Assembly (NCBI GenBank): GCA_032654565.1
Contig: JAULAX010000018.1
Span: forward strand, 128,001 to 192,000
Direction of reading: 5' to 3'
DNA: 64,000 nt
From: Anaeromyxobacteraceae bacterium
Lineage (GTDB): Bacteria > Myxococcota > Myxococcia > Myxococcales > Anaeromyxobacteraceae
Part shown: in pieces, positions 9,352 to 18,167 of the stretch
Layout of the letters: each line of letters starts with the position of its first letter
Position numbering within the stretch: the first letter of the stretch is position 1
Translations under genes and position numbers: made by a program
The notes under the pieces: model-generated
Told to the model about the DNA's origin: nothing
Seen by the model: the letters and a program-made list of their open reading frames with translations, nothing else
Databases searched by the model: none

Positions 9352-9396
9352 TTGCCAAGGCGAGGGTCGACGGTTCAAATCCGTTTTCCCGCTCCA
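9352..9396 (+). other. att core: 3' half of tRNA-Gly(GCC)
   Basis: TTGCCAAGGCGAGGGTCGACGGTTCAAATCCGTTTTCCCGCTCCA covers anticodon loop, T-arm, acceptor strand and CCA; no 5' half upstream. Confidence 0.9.
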
Positions 9397-9401
9397 GTTC
9401 G

Positions 9402-9441
9402 AACCCCCGGTCGCCTCCCAGGTGGCCGGGGGTTTCTTCTT
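9402..9441 (+). terminator. Intrinsic terminator of the original tRNA locus
   Basis: Stem AACCCCCGGTCGCCT/AGGTGGCCGGGGGTT followed by TCTTCTT. Confidence 0.8.
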
Positions 9442-9624
9442 GGAGACCTGGGGAAGCATCACCGGGTCCGTCCGGTGGAGGGGGACGCGGTTCCTCCGCC
9501 CGTCCGTGGCGCGGACCGCTCCACTCCGGTTCCTCCAGTGTTCTTGCGGTCGGAGCTCGGCACGAAGGTTGCTCGTCCAGGCGGTCATGGTCCCCTCAGG
9601 AATCTGCCGCCGTCGCCGTGAACG

Positions 9625-9657
9625 GCTTGCACGGTATCCGTGTAAGCGATATAGGTT
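9625..9657 (+). promoter_or_regulatory. higBA promoter with overlapping palindromic operator
   Basis: TTGCAC-N17-TATAGG; inverted repeat GCTTGCACGG-TAT-CCGTGTAAGC at 9625-9647. Confidence 0.6.
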
Positions 9658-9660
9658 CCC

Positions 9661-9954
9661 ATCATCCTCGACTTCGCCGATGAAGCCACCGAGGACATCT
9701 TCAACGGGGCGAGGAGCAAGGCCGCCCGCCGGTGCTTGCCGCAGGAGCTCTGGCCGACAGCCCACCGGAAGCTCGACCGGCTCAACCGGGCGACCGAGCC
9801 CCGCGACCTGGCCGACCCGCCGGGGAACCGGCTCGAGGCCTTGAAGGGTGACGACGCGGGCTTCTTCAGCATCCGGGTGAACGACCAGTACCGGATCGTC
9901 TTCCGCTTCGAGAACGGTGACGCCCGCCAGGTCCAGATCGTCGATTATCACTGA
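9661..9954 (+). CDS. higB: HigB toxin (RelE/ParE superfamily); start uncertain
   Basis: ILDFADEATEDIFNG...PPGNRLEALKGD...SIRVNDQYRIVFRF...IVDYH; family-like sequence begins at ATC 9661. Confidence 0.85.
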   Translation: MILDFADEATEDIFNGARSKAARRCLPQELWPTAHRKLDRLNRATEPRDLADPPGNRLEALKGDDAGFFSIRVNDQYRIVFRFENGDARQVQIVDYH

Positions 9955-9965
9955 GGAGAGCCGTC

Positions 9966-10283
9966 ATGCTGCCAAAGAACCGCCCCCCGACCCCGCCCGG
10001 CGAGATGCTGCTGGAGGAGTACCTGAAGCCGCGCGGTCTCACCCAGGTCGAGCTGGCGGCGCGCATGGGCGTGCCGATCCAGCGGGTCAACACCATCGTC
10101 AACGGGAAGCGCGGCGTCACCGCCGAGACGGCCATCCTGCTGTCGGAGGCGCTCAACACCTCGCCCGAGCTCTGGATGGGGCTGCAGTCGGACCACGACC
10201 TCTGGCACGCGCTCCGGAAGCGCGCCGAGGCGCGCGCGAAGCCGCAACGGTCGAAGGGCCACGGCAAGCACCAGGCGGTGTGA
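9966..10283 (+). CDS. higA: HigA antitoxin (XRE HTH)
   Basis: PGEMLLEEYLKP, LTQVELA, IVNGKRGVTAETA, WMGLQ. Confidence 0.92.
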   Translation: MLPKNRPPTPPGEMLLEEYLKPRGLTQVELAARMGVPIQRVNTIVNGKRGVTAETAILLSEALNTSPELWMGLQSDHDLWHALRKRAEARAKPQRSKGHGKHQAV

Positions 10284-10484
10284 GCCCCGGCGCGTCGATC
10301 CCGCGCGGAGCATCCTTCGCTCCGTGCCCACCTGTGCTTCGGCCCAGCACGACGGTCCGGAACGGGCCAGGAGGCAGGAAGGGACGGAACGGGATTCGGG
10401 AAGGCTGACGGCAGGCCGCATGGCCCACCCCAGCGACCCGCAGTATGATCGACCGCAACCCCACCGCTGCCCCGGAGAACTCCG

Positions 10485-13205
10485 ATGACCTGGCTCACCA
10501 GCGCCCTCGCCGCGCACCTCCTGCTGGCCGCCCCTGCCACCGCCAGGCTCCCGGCCGCCGAGGTCCGCCTGGACGGCCCGGCGCTGGCCGCGCTGCGGGC
10601 CCGCGCCATCGGCCCGGCCATCATGAGCGGGCGGATCGTCGACGTGGCGGTCGATCCCGGCGACCCCGAGACCTTCTACCTGGCCCACTCCACGGGCGGC
10701 CTCTTCAAGACCACCAACGGCGGCGACACCTTCGCGCCGCTCCTCGACGCCGAGGTCGCCGTCTCGGCCGGCGCCGTGGCGGTGTCGCCGCTCGACTCGC
10801 GCGTGGTCTGGGTGGGCACCGGCGAGGACAGCGACCGGAACAGCGCCGGCTTCGGCAGGGGGCTGCTCCGCTCCGAGGACGGCGGGGAGCGGTGGGCACC
10901 GGCGGGGCTGGCGGCGAGCCGGGCCGTGGCCCGCATCGTCCCCGACGCCGCCGACGCCAGGGCCGCCTGGGCCTGCGTGGCCGGCGACCTGTGGGGGCCG
11001 GGCGGCGAGCGCGGCGTCTACCGGACGGCCGACGGCGGCAAGACCTGGGCGCGCCAGCTGGCGGCCCCGGCCCCGCACGACAAGCTGACCGGCTGCGCCG
11101 ACCTGGTCGCCGACCCCGCCGACCCCAAGGTGCTCTACGCGGCGCTCTACGCCCGGCGCCGCACCCCCTGGTCGTTCGAGTACGGCACGGCCGTCACCGG
11201 CGGCGCCGACGTGGGCGGCGTCTGGAAGACCTCCGACGGCGGCGCCACCTGGAAGAAGCTGGGCGGCGGCCTCCCGTCGCGTACCGGCAACATCGGCCTG
11301 GCGGTGGCGGCCAGCGACCCCAGGGTGATCATGGCGGTGGTCCAGAGCGACGAGGGCGGCACCTCCGCGCTGGACGAGATCCGCAGCCGGGTCGGCGGCG
11401 TGTTCCGCAGCGAGGACGGCGGCGCCACCTGGACCCGCCGCTCGCCCCTCAACCCGCGCCCCTTCTACTTCAGCCAGGTCCGGGTCGATCCGCTCAACCC
11501 GCAGCGGGTCTACGTGCTCGGCTTCATGCTCCACGTCTCCGAGGACGGCGGCAAGACCTTCCGCGAGGACCTCTTCCAGAAGGTCCACGCCGACTGCCAC
11601 GCGCTCGCCATCGTGCCCGGCGCCGCCCCGCGCCGGCCCGACCCGGACCGGCCCGGCGAGCCGCCTCCCCCGCCGGTGTCGCGCCGGCTCATCCTCGGCA
11701 CCGACGGCGGCGCCTACGCCTCTCGCGACGGCGGGGCCAGTTGGAACCACCTGGCCACCTTCCCGGCCGGCCAGTTCTACCGGATCGCCGTGGACGACTC
11801 CTCGCCCTACAGGATCTGCGGCGGCCTGCAGGACAACCTGACCTGGCTCGGCCCGAGCCGCACCTGGAGCAAGGACGGCATCACCGGCGCCGACTGGGCG
11901 AACCTGGGCGGCGGCGACGGCTTCTACTGCGCCTTCGATCCGGGCGACCGCGACGTCGTCTACCTCGAGTCGCAGCAGGGGTACGTCCAGCGGACCAACC
12001 TGCGCACCGGCGAGATGCGCGGCCTGCGCCCCGAGCCCTCGGAGGGGCAGGAGGCCTACCGCTTCCACTGGAACGCCCCGCTGATCATGAGCCGGCACCA
12101 GAAGGGGGTGCTCTGGCTGGGCGGCAACCGGGTCTTCCGGCTGGAGCGGCAGGCGGAGCGCTTCGAGGTGGTCAGCGGCGACCTCACGGCGGCCGACCCG
12201 AGGAAGACCCGCACGGTGGGCAGCGGCGCCGAGAACCACGCGGTGATCTATGCGCTGGCGGAGTCGCCGCGGAAGGCCGGGATGCTCTGGGCCGGCACCG
12301 ACGACGGCCGCCTCTGGCTCACCGAGGACGGCGGGAAGGGCTGGACCGACCTCACCGTCGGCCTGCCGGCGGCGGTGAAGGGGCAGTGGATCTCCCGGCT
12401 CGAGCCTTCCCACCACGACGACCAGGTGGCCTACCTGGTGGTGAACGCCTACCGCTCGCAGGACCTGCGCCCGCACGTGTTCCGGACCGCGGACCGCGGC
12501 AGGACCTGGCGCTCGGTGGCCGGGGACCTGCCGGCCGACCTGCCGGTGCGGCTGGTGCGCGAGAGCCCGCGCAACTCCAGGGTGCTCTTCGCCGGGACCG
12601 AGTTCGGCCTCTACCTGACGCTCGACGGCGGCGGCCACTGGACCCGCTTCGGCGAGGTGCCGGCGGTCATCGTCGACGACCTGGTCATCCACCCGCGCGA
12701 GCGCGACCTGGTGATCGCCACGCACGGGCGGAGCCTCTACGTGGTCGACGACGTCGGCCCGCTCGAGGAGGCCACCCCGGAGGCGCTCGCCAAGGAGGCC
12801 CACCTCTTCGCGCCGCGTCCCGCCTTCGGTCGCTACCTCATGCCCGGCTGGGTCGACGCGGCCGGCAAGGTCGGCTTCCGCGGCCCCAACCCGCCGGAGG
12901 GGGCGCTCATCACCTTCCACGTCCGGGCACCGCTCGCCGAGCCGGTCAAGATCATGATCGCCACTGCCGCCGGGACCCCGGTGGCGGGCTTCGAGGTGCC
13001 CGGCGTGCCCGGCCTCGGTCGCGTCGCCTGGAACCTGCGCCCCACCAAGGACTTCATGACGGAGTATGGCGGGGAGGGGCCGGACCGGCTGGTCCCGCCG
13101 GGCGAGTACGTGGTGACGCTCGCCTACGGGAAGGCCAAGGAGAAGCAGAAGCTCCAGGTGACGGTCGCGGAGGGGATCCAGGTCCGCTACGCCCCGCTCC
13201 GGTAG
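10485..13205 (+). CDS. Secreted BNR/Asp-box (VPS10-like) beta-propeller glycosyl hydrolase-like protein
   Basis: Signal peptide, RAIGPAIMSGRI, many S/T-x-D-G-G-x-T-W repeats, GGLQDN, IATHGRS. Confidence 0.88.
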   Translation: MTWLTSALAAHLLLAAPATARLPAAEVRLDGPALAALRARAIGPAIMSGRIVDVAVDPGDPETFYLAHSTGGLFKTTNGGDTFAPLLDAEVAVSAGAVAVSPLDSRVVWVGTGEDSDRNSAGFGRGLLRSEDGGERWAPAGLAASRAVARIVPDAADARAAWACVAGDLWGPGGERGVYRTADGGKTWARQLAAPAPHDKLTGCADLVADPADPKVLYAALYARRRTPWSFEYGTAVTGGADVGGVWKTSDGGATWKKLGGGLPSRTGNIGLAVAASDPRVIMAVVQSDEGGTSALDEIRSRVGGVFRSEDGGATWTRRSPLNPRPFYFSQVRVDPLNPQRVYVLGFMLHVSEDGGKTFREDLFQKVHADCHALAIVPGAAPRRPDPDRPGEPPPPPVSRRLILGTDGGAYASRDGGASWNHLATFPAGQFYRIAVDDSSPYRICGGLQDNLTWLGPSRTWSKDGITGADWANLGGGDGFYCAFDPGDRDVVYLESQQGYVQRTNLRTGEMRGLRPEPSEGQEAYRFHWNAPLIMSRHQKGVLWLGGNRVFRLERQAERFEVVSGDLTAADPRKTRTVGSGAENHAVIYALAESPRKAGMLWAGTDDGRLWLTEDGGKGWTDLTVGLPAAVKGQWISRLEPSHHDDQVAYLVVNAYRSQDLRPHVFRTADRGRTWRSVAGDLPADLPVRLVRESPRNSRVLFAGTEFGLYLTLDGGGHWTRFGEVPAVIVDDLVIHPRERDLVIATHGRSLYVVDDVGPLEEATPEALAKEAHLFAPRPAFGRYLMPGWVDAAGKVGFRGPNPPEGALITFHVRAPLAEPVKIMIATAAGTPVAGFEVPGVPGLGRVAWNLRPTKDFMTEYGGEGPDRLVPPGEYVVTLAYGKAKEKQKLQVTVAEGIQVRYAPLR

Positions 13206-13296
13206 CTCCCGGGCCCCGGCGCGAAGGGCGCGGTGCTGCTGGTTCGGCTGGGCCGTGGCCACGATGACCGGCCGGGGGGACCGATCGGCTGCAGCG

Positions 13297-13349
13297 CCCG
13301 GAGCCCTGCCGCGGGGAACGTTCAGTCCCTCCGCGGCAGGAGTCCCGGG
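13297..13349. terminator. GC hairpin between convergent genes
   Basis: CCTGCCGCGG...CCGCGGCAGG stem with flanking CCCGG/CCGGG. Confidence 0.5.
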
Positions 13350-13371
13350 TTGATGGATACCGAGGAGATGG

Positions 13372-14250
13372 CTACTTCCGGGGCTGGGTGACGGTGCTCA
13401 TCTGCAGGGTGACGGCGGTCTGCGCCAGCAGCCGGCCATTCACCGAGGCCCCGGTGTTCATGGCGATGAGGGTCTTCGCCAGCACCACGCCCTCGAGGTG
13501 CGCGGTGGTCCCGACGGTGACGTCGCCGGCGACCTGCCAGAAGACGTTCTTGGCCAGGGCGCCGCCGGTCAGGATCACCCGGGTGGCGCTGGCCTGGTTC
13601 ATGGTGCCCGCCACCTGGAAGATCCAGATGCTCTTGGAACCACCGGAGAGGGTGACGTTGGTGGAGATGTTGAGGTCGGTGCCCCACTTGTAGAGGCCCG
13701 GGACCAGCGTCAGCCCGCCGATCTCGCCGGCGCCCAGCTCGGTGAAGTCAGGAGAGACCCGGCCCGCGGCGTTGTTGTAGGCCAGCTCCATGTCGCCGAC
13801 CGCGACGGTCAGGGAGGTGGCGTTGTTCACGGCGCAGGGGGAAGGGCCCGCGGCGTCGACGACCGAGATGGTGCCCGACACCTCGGCGCAGCTGAGCAGG
13901 AGGGCGGCGCCGGTGATGGGGCTGGTCCCGACGTTCCCGGTGACGGCGGACGGCGCGACGTCGGTGATGCCGGACTTGCTCAGGATGGCGAAGCGACCCG
14001 CGGTGCCGAGGTTGACGGCGGTCCCGGTGGCCGGGCTGGTGGAGCCGCCGCCGCCGTGGCCGTCCTTGGTCTGGTGGTTGTCGCCCTTGGTCCGGGACTT
14101 CTCGGTCTGGCTCCGGGACAGGGTCGGCGTCGACGAGGCGTCGCCGCCATCGGCTGCGCTCACGGGCTCGGCGGTCCCGCAGGCGCCGAGAGAGAGGATG
14201 AGGACGGCGGCGGCGGTCATGGAAAAGCCCTGCTTGTGCGTCGGCGACAT
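13372..14250 (-). CDS. DUF3494 ice-binding family lipoprotein
   Basis: Lipobox LSLGAC; LGTAGRFAILSKSGIT, LVPGLYKW, WIFQVAG, NVFWQVAG, NGRLLAQTAVTL. Confidence 0.9.
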   Translation of the reverse strand: MSPTHKQGFSMTAAAVLILSLGACGTAEPVSAADGGDASSTPTLSRSQTEKSRTKGDNHQTKDGHGGGGSTSPATGTAVNLGTAGRFAILSKSGITDVAPSAVTGNVGTSPITGAALLLSCAEVSGTISVVDAAGPSPCAVNNATSLTVAVGDMELAYNNAAGRVSPDFTELGAGEIGGLTLVPGLYKWGTDLNISTNVTLSGGSKSIWIFQVAGTMNQASATRVILTGGALAKNVFWQVAGDVTVGTTAHLEGVVLAKTLIAMNTGASVNGRLLAQTAVTLQMSTVTQPRK

Positions 14251-14504
14251 GGTGACTCCGGGTGGTGCAGTGGTGGACCACCCTCGGCTTCGTGGGACCG
14301 GGTGGGCGAGGTCGCGGGATGGGGGTTGACTCCCGCGCTCTCGGATACGGCAGCTGACTTCCAGCCGATGGAACCCAATGCGGCTTCCGTGCCGGTTCGC
14401 GACCAACACGAAACGGCCAGATCACGGGCGGTTGCGAAGCGAGGCGCGACCGGGCTATGGCGCAAGTGCCATATCTAGGGTACAGGGACCATAGCTACCG
14501 AGCC

Positions 14505-15899
14505 ATGAGCGCCACCCTCCTCATCATCGACGACGACGTCACCACCTGCCGCCTGATCAAGGCCATCTTCCGCGTCGAGGGGCTGGAGGTGGTGATGGCG
14601 CACGACGGCCCCTCGGGCATCGCCCTGGCCATCGCCCAGCGGCCGGACATCCTCCTCCTCGACCTGCGGATGCCCGGCATCGACGGGCTGGAGGTGCTCG
14701 CCAGGATCAAGAAGGAGCTCCCCGCCCTGCCGGTGGTGATGCTGACGGGGCAGAAGGAGGCCAGGACCGCCGTGAAGGCGATGCAGCTGGGCGCCTTCGA
14801 CTACCTGACCAAGCCGTTCGTCAACGAGGAGGTGGTGGTGGTGGTGCGGCGGGCGCTGCAGACCCGGGCGCTGCAGCTGGAGGTGGAGGAGCTCCGGCGC
14901 CGCGTGGGGACGGACGCCGGGCTGGCCGCGCAGATGGGTCCAGGGCCGCAGGTCAAGAACCTCGTCGAGCAGGTGAGGACCGTGGCCGGGACCAGCTTCA
15001 CCGTCCTGGTCTCCGGCGAGACCGGCAGCGGCAAGGAGCTGGTGGCGCAGGCCATCCACCGCGAGAGCGAGCGGCGCACCAAGCCGTTCATCGCCGTCGA
15101 CTGCGGGGCCATCCCCGAGCAGCTGCTCGAGTCGGAGCTGTTCGGCCACGAGAAAGGCTCGTTCACCGGCGCCGAGCGGAAGAAGCAGGGGCAGTTCCAG
15201 CTGGCCGAGGGGGGGACCTTCTTCCTCGACGAGGTGGGGAACCTGCCCATGAACCTCCAGGCCAAGCTGCTGCGGGTGCTGGAGTCGAGGCAGGTCCAGG
15301 CGGTGGGCGCCGACCGGTCGGCGGCGCTCGACGTCCGCTTCATCGCCGCCACCAACAACGACCTGCCGACGCGCGCCGCCGAGGGGCTGTTCCGGGCCGA
15401 CCTCTACTTCCGGCTGGCGCAGTACACCATCTCCATCCCGGCCCTGAGGGATCGACCGGGGGACATCCCCTCCCTGGCGCACCGCCTGCTCGCCGAGGCG
15501 AGCGTCGAGCTGCGGCGGCCGGTCCAGCAGATCGTGCCGGGCGCGCTCGAGCTGCTGGTGGCCCACCCCTGGCCCGGGAACGTGCGCGAGCTGCAGAACC
15601 TGATCCGCCAGGCGGTGCTGAAGACCAAGGACCTGATGATCGGCGTCGAGGTGGTGCGGGACCTGCTGGGAGGCCCCGGCCTCCGGCGACCGGTGGCGCA
15701 GGCCGCCGCGGCCGGCCTGTCCCTGCGCGAGATCGCCGCCGAGGCGGCCGGGGAGGCCGAGCGGAGCGCCATCTCCGAGGCCCTGCGCGCCGCCCGCGGC
15801 AACAAGAGCCAGGCGGCGCGGGCCCTGGGCACCGACTACAAGACCCTGCACCTCAAGCTGAAGCGGTTCGGCCTCCGCGCCCGTGACTTCATCCCCTGA
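14505..15899 (+). CDS. Sigma54-dependent response regulator (REC-AAA-HTH)
   Basis: REC domain, GETGSGKE, ESELFGHEKGSFTGA, WPGNVREL, Fis-type HTH. Confidence 0.93.
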   Translation: MSATLLIIDDDVTTCRLIKAIFRVEGLEVVMAHDGPSGIALAIAQRPDILLLDLRMPGIDGLEVLARIKKELPALPVVMLTGQKEARTAVKAMQLGAFDYLTKPFVNEEVVVVVRRALQTRALQLEVEELRRRVGTDAGLAAQMGPGPQVKNLVEQVRTVAGTSFTVLVSGETGSGKELVAQAIHRESERRTKPFIAVDCGAIPEQLLESELFGHEKGSFTGAERKKQGQFQLAEGGTFFLDEVGNLPMNLQAKLLRVLESRQVQAVGADRSAALDVRFIAATNNDLPTRAAEGLFRADLYFRLAQYTISIPALRDRPGDIPSLAHRLLAEASVELRRPVQQIVPGALELLVAHPWPGNVRELQNLIRQAVLKTKDLMIGVEVVRDLLGGPGLRRPVAQAAAAGLSLREIAAEAAGEAERSAISEALRAARGNKSQAARALGTDYKTLHLKLKRFGLRARDFIP

Positions 15900-16013
15900 C
15901 CCCCCGGCCCCCTCCACGGGCCGGGCGCCTTTCGCCTCGACGTTTTCCCGGTGCTGGGCTTTGATGGCCCCTCACCGCGCCCCCCGCCGTGCCCCCGACC
16001 GTTGGAGGTTGTC

Positions 16014-17204
16014 ATGCGCCACCTACGTGCAGCAGTCCTGATGACGATGGCGGTCTTCGCCGCCGCCTGCGAGAAGAAGGCGACCGTCGCGCCCACCGGC
16101 GCCGCCGCCCCCGCCCCCGCCGCCGCGGCCGCCGGCGACACCATCCTCATCGGCCACGTCGGCTCGCTGACCGGCGCCGAGGCCTCCTTCGGCGTCTCCA
16201 CCGAGAACGGCATCCGGCTCGCCATCGAGGACATCAACGCCAAGGGGGGCATCAAGGGGAAGAAGGTCGCGGCCAAGACCTACGACGACCAGGGCAAGCC
16301 GGAGGAGGCGGCGGTGGCCGCCACCCGGCTCATCACCCAGGACAAGGTGACGGTCCTCCTCGGCGAGGTGGCCTCGAGCCGCTCGCTGGCCATGGCCCCC
16401 ATCGCCGACGCCAACCAGGTGCCGCAGATCTCGCCCACCTCCACCAACCCCCGGGTCACCAAGGACGGCGACAAGGTCCGGCCCTTCGTCTTCCGGGTCT
16501 GCTTCATCGACCCCTTCCAGGGGACGGTGATGGCCAAGTTCGCCCGCGAGAACCTCAAGCTGAAGCGGGTGGCCATCCTGCGCGACGTGGGCAGCGACTA
16601 CTCGGTGGGGCTGGCCGACTACTTCAAGAAGAAGTTCGAGGAGCTGGGCGGCACCATCGTCAACGACCAGAGCTTCAAGGCCGGCGACCAGGACTTCAAG
16701 GCCCAGCTCACCACCATCAAGGGCAAGAAGCCGGAGATGATCTACGTCCCCGGCTACTACACCGACGTGGCCCTGGTGGCCCGCCAGGCCCGCGAGCTCG
16801 GCATCAAGATCCCGCTGGGCGGCGGCGACGGCTGGGACTCGGCCAAGCTCTACGAGATCGCCCAGGGGGCGCTGGACGGCTCCTACTTCTCCAACCACTA
16901 CACCGACGAGAACCCGGCCCCCCTCATCCAGGGGTTCGTGAAGCGCTACCGCGAGAAGTTCGGCGCCACCCCCGACTCGATGGCGGCGCTCGGCTACGAC
17001 GCCGCCCACGTGGCCTTCGACGCCATGGCCCGGGCCACCGACCTCTCCGGGCCGGCGGTCCGCGACGCCATCGCCGCCACCAAGGCCTTCCCCGGCGTGG
17101 GCGGGACCATCACCATCGACGCCGACCACAACGCCGTGAAGTCGGCGGTGGTGCTGGTCATCGAGAAGAACAAGGCCCGCTTCGTGGCCAGCGTCGATCC
17201 GTAA
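16014..17204 (+). CDS. livK: Branched-chain amino acid ABC transporter substrate-binding lipoprotein
   Basis: Lipobox FAAAC, INAKGGIKG, FRVCFIDPFQG, DFKAQL. Confidence 0.88.
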   Translation: MRHLRAAVLMTMAVFAAACEKKATVAPTGAAAPAPAAAAAGDTILIGHVGSLTGAEASFGVSTENGIRLAIEDINAKGGIKGKKVAAKTYDDQGKPEEAAVAATRLITQDKVTVLLGEVASSRSLAMAPIADANQVPQISPTSTNPRVTKDGDKVRPFVFRVCFIDPFQGTVMAKFARENLKLKRVAILRDVGSDYSVGLADYFKKKFEELGGTIVNDQSFKAGDQDFKAQLTTIKGKKPEMIYVPGYYTDVALVARQARELGIKIPLGGGDGWDSAKLYEIAQGALDGSYFSNHYTDENPAPLIQGFVKRYREKFGATPDSMAALGYDAAHVAFDAMARATDLSGPAVRDAIAATKAFPGVGGTITIDADHNAVKSAVVLVIEKNKARFVASVDP

Positions 17205-17210
17205 GGCCGC

Positions 17211-18167
17211 GTGACCGAGTTCCTCCAGCACCTCGTCAACGGCCTCTCGGTCGGGACCATCTACGCGCTGGTGGCGCTCGGCTACACCATGGTCTACGGC
17301 GTGCTGAAGCTCATCAACTTCGCGCACGGCGACGTCTACATGGTGGGGGCCTTCGCCGGCTACTACCTCTCCGACCTGGTCGGGGTGCGGCCGCCCTGGG
17401 CCGATCCCCCGCCGGGGGCCGGCGAGACCTTCATCAAGGCCACCATCGTCACCATGGGGGCGATGGTCATCTGCGGCGCCCTCGGCTACGTCATCGAGCG
17501 GTTCGCCTACCGGCCGCTGCGCCACCAGGCCCGGCTCACCGCGCTGATCACCGCCATCGGCGTCTCCTTCCTGCTGGAGTTCGGCTTCCAGCTCAGCCCG
17601 CTCATGCACACCCCCATCGAGTTCCCGCCCGGCCCCAGCCCGCGCGTCTTCCCGGCGCTGCTGGAGCGGACCGGCTACGAGTGGATGGGCGTCAGCCTCT
17701 CCAACTACGACGTCATCGGGTTGCTGGTGGCGCTGGGGCTGATGCTCGGCCTGCAGTTCATCGTCTACCGGACCCGCTTCGGCACCGCCATGCGCGCCGT
17801 CTCCTTCGACTCGCAGGTGGCCGGGCTGATGGGGATCCCGGTCAACCGGATCATCTCCTGGACCTTCGTGCTGGGGAGCGCCCTGGCCGCCGCCGCCGGC
17901 ATCATCAACGCCGTGTCGCGCCCGCGCATCGAGCCGCTCTTCGGGCTGATGGCGGGCCTGAAGGCCTTCGTGGCGGCGGTGCTGGGCGGCATCGGCAGCG
18001 TGCCGGGGGCCATGGTGGGGGGGCTGGTGCTGGGGCTGGCCGAGGAGTACGTGGCCGGCTACACCGACTCCTCCTACCGCGACGCCATCGCCTTCTCGGT
18101 GCTGATCCTGGTGCTGCTGGTGCGGCCGGCCGGCCTCTTCGGCCGGCTCACCGTGGAGAAGGTCTAG
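17211..18167 (+). CDS. livH: BCAA ABC permease
   Basis: YALVALGYTMVYGVLKLINFAHG, KAFVAAVLGGIGS. Confidence 0.93.
   Translation: MTEFLQHLVNGLSVGTIYALVALGYTMVYGVLKLINFAHGDVYMVGAFAGYYLSDLVGVRPPWADPPPGAGETFIKATIVTMGAMVICGALGYVIERFAYRPLRHQARLTALITAIGVSFLLEFGFQLSPLMHTPIEFPPGPSPRVFPALLERTGYEWMGVSLSNYDVIGLLVALGLMLGLQFIVYRTRFGTAMRAVSFDSQVAGLMGIPVNRIISWTFVLGSALAAAAGIINAVSRPRIEPLFGLMAGLKAFVAAVLGGIGSVPGAMVGGLVLGLAEEYVAGYTDSSYRDAIAFSVLILVLLVRPAGLFGRLTVEKV

Noticed and set aside
9311..9396. Intact tRNA-Gly
   Set aside because: No 5' acceptor strand or D-arm upstream of the anticodon loop; it is only the 3' half.
9948..13262. Long antisense or alternate-frame ORFs (e.g. 9948..13262, 2154..4559, 35567..38797, 46804..49812)
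   Set aside because: Shadow ORFs typical of high-GC DNA, overlapping well-supported genes, with R/G/P/A-biased translations.
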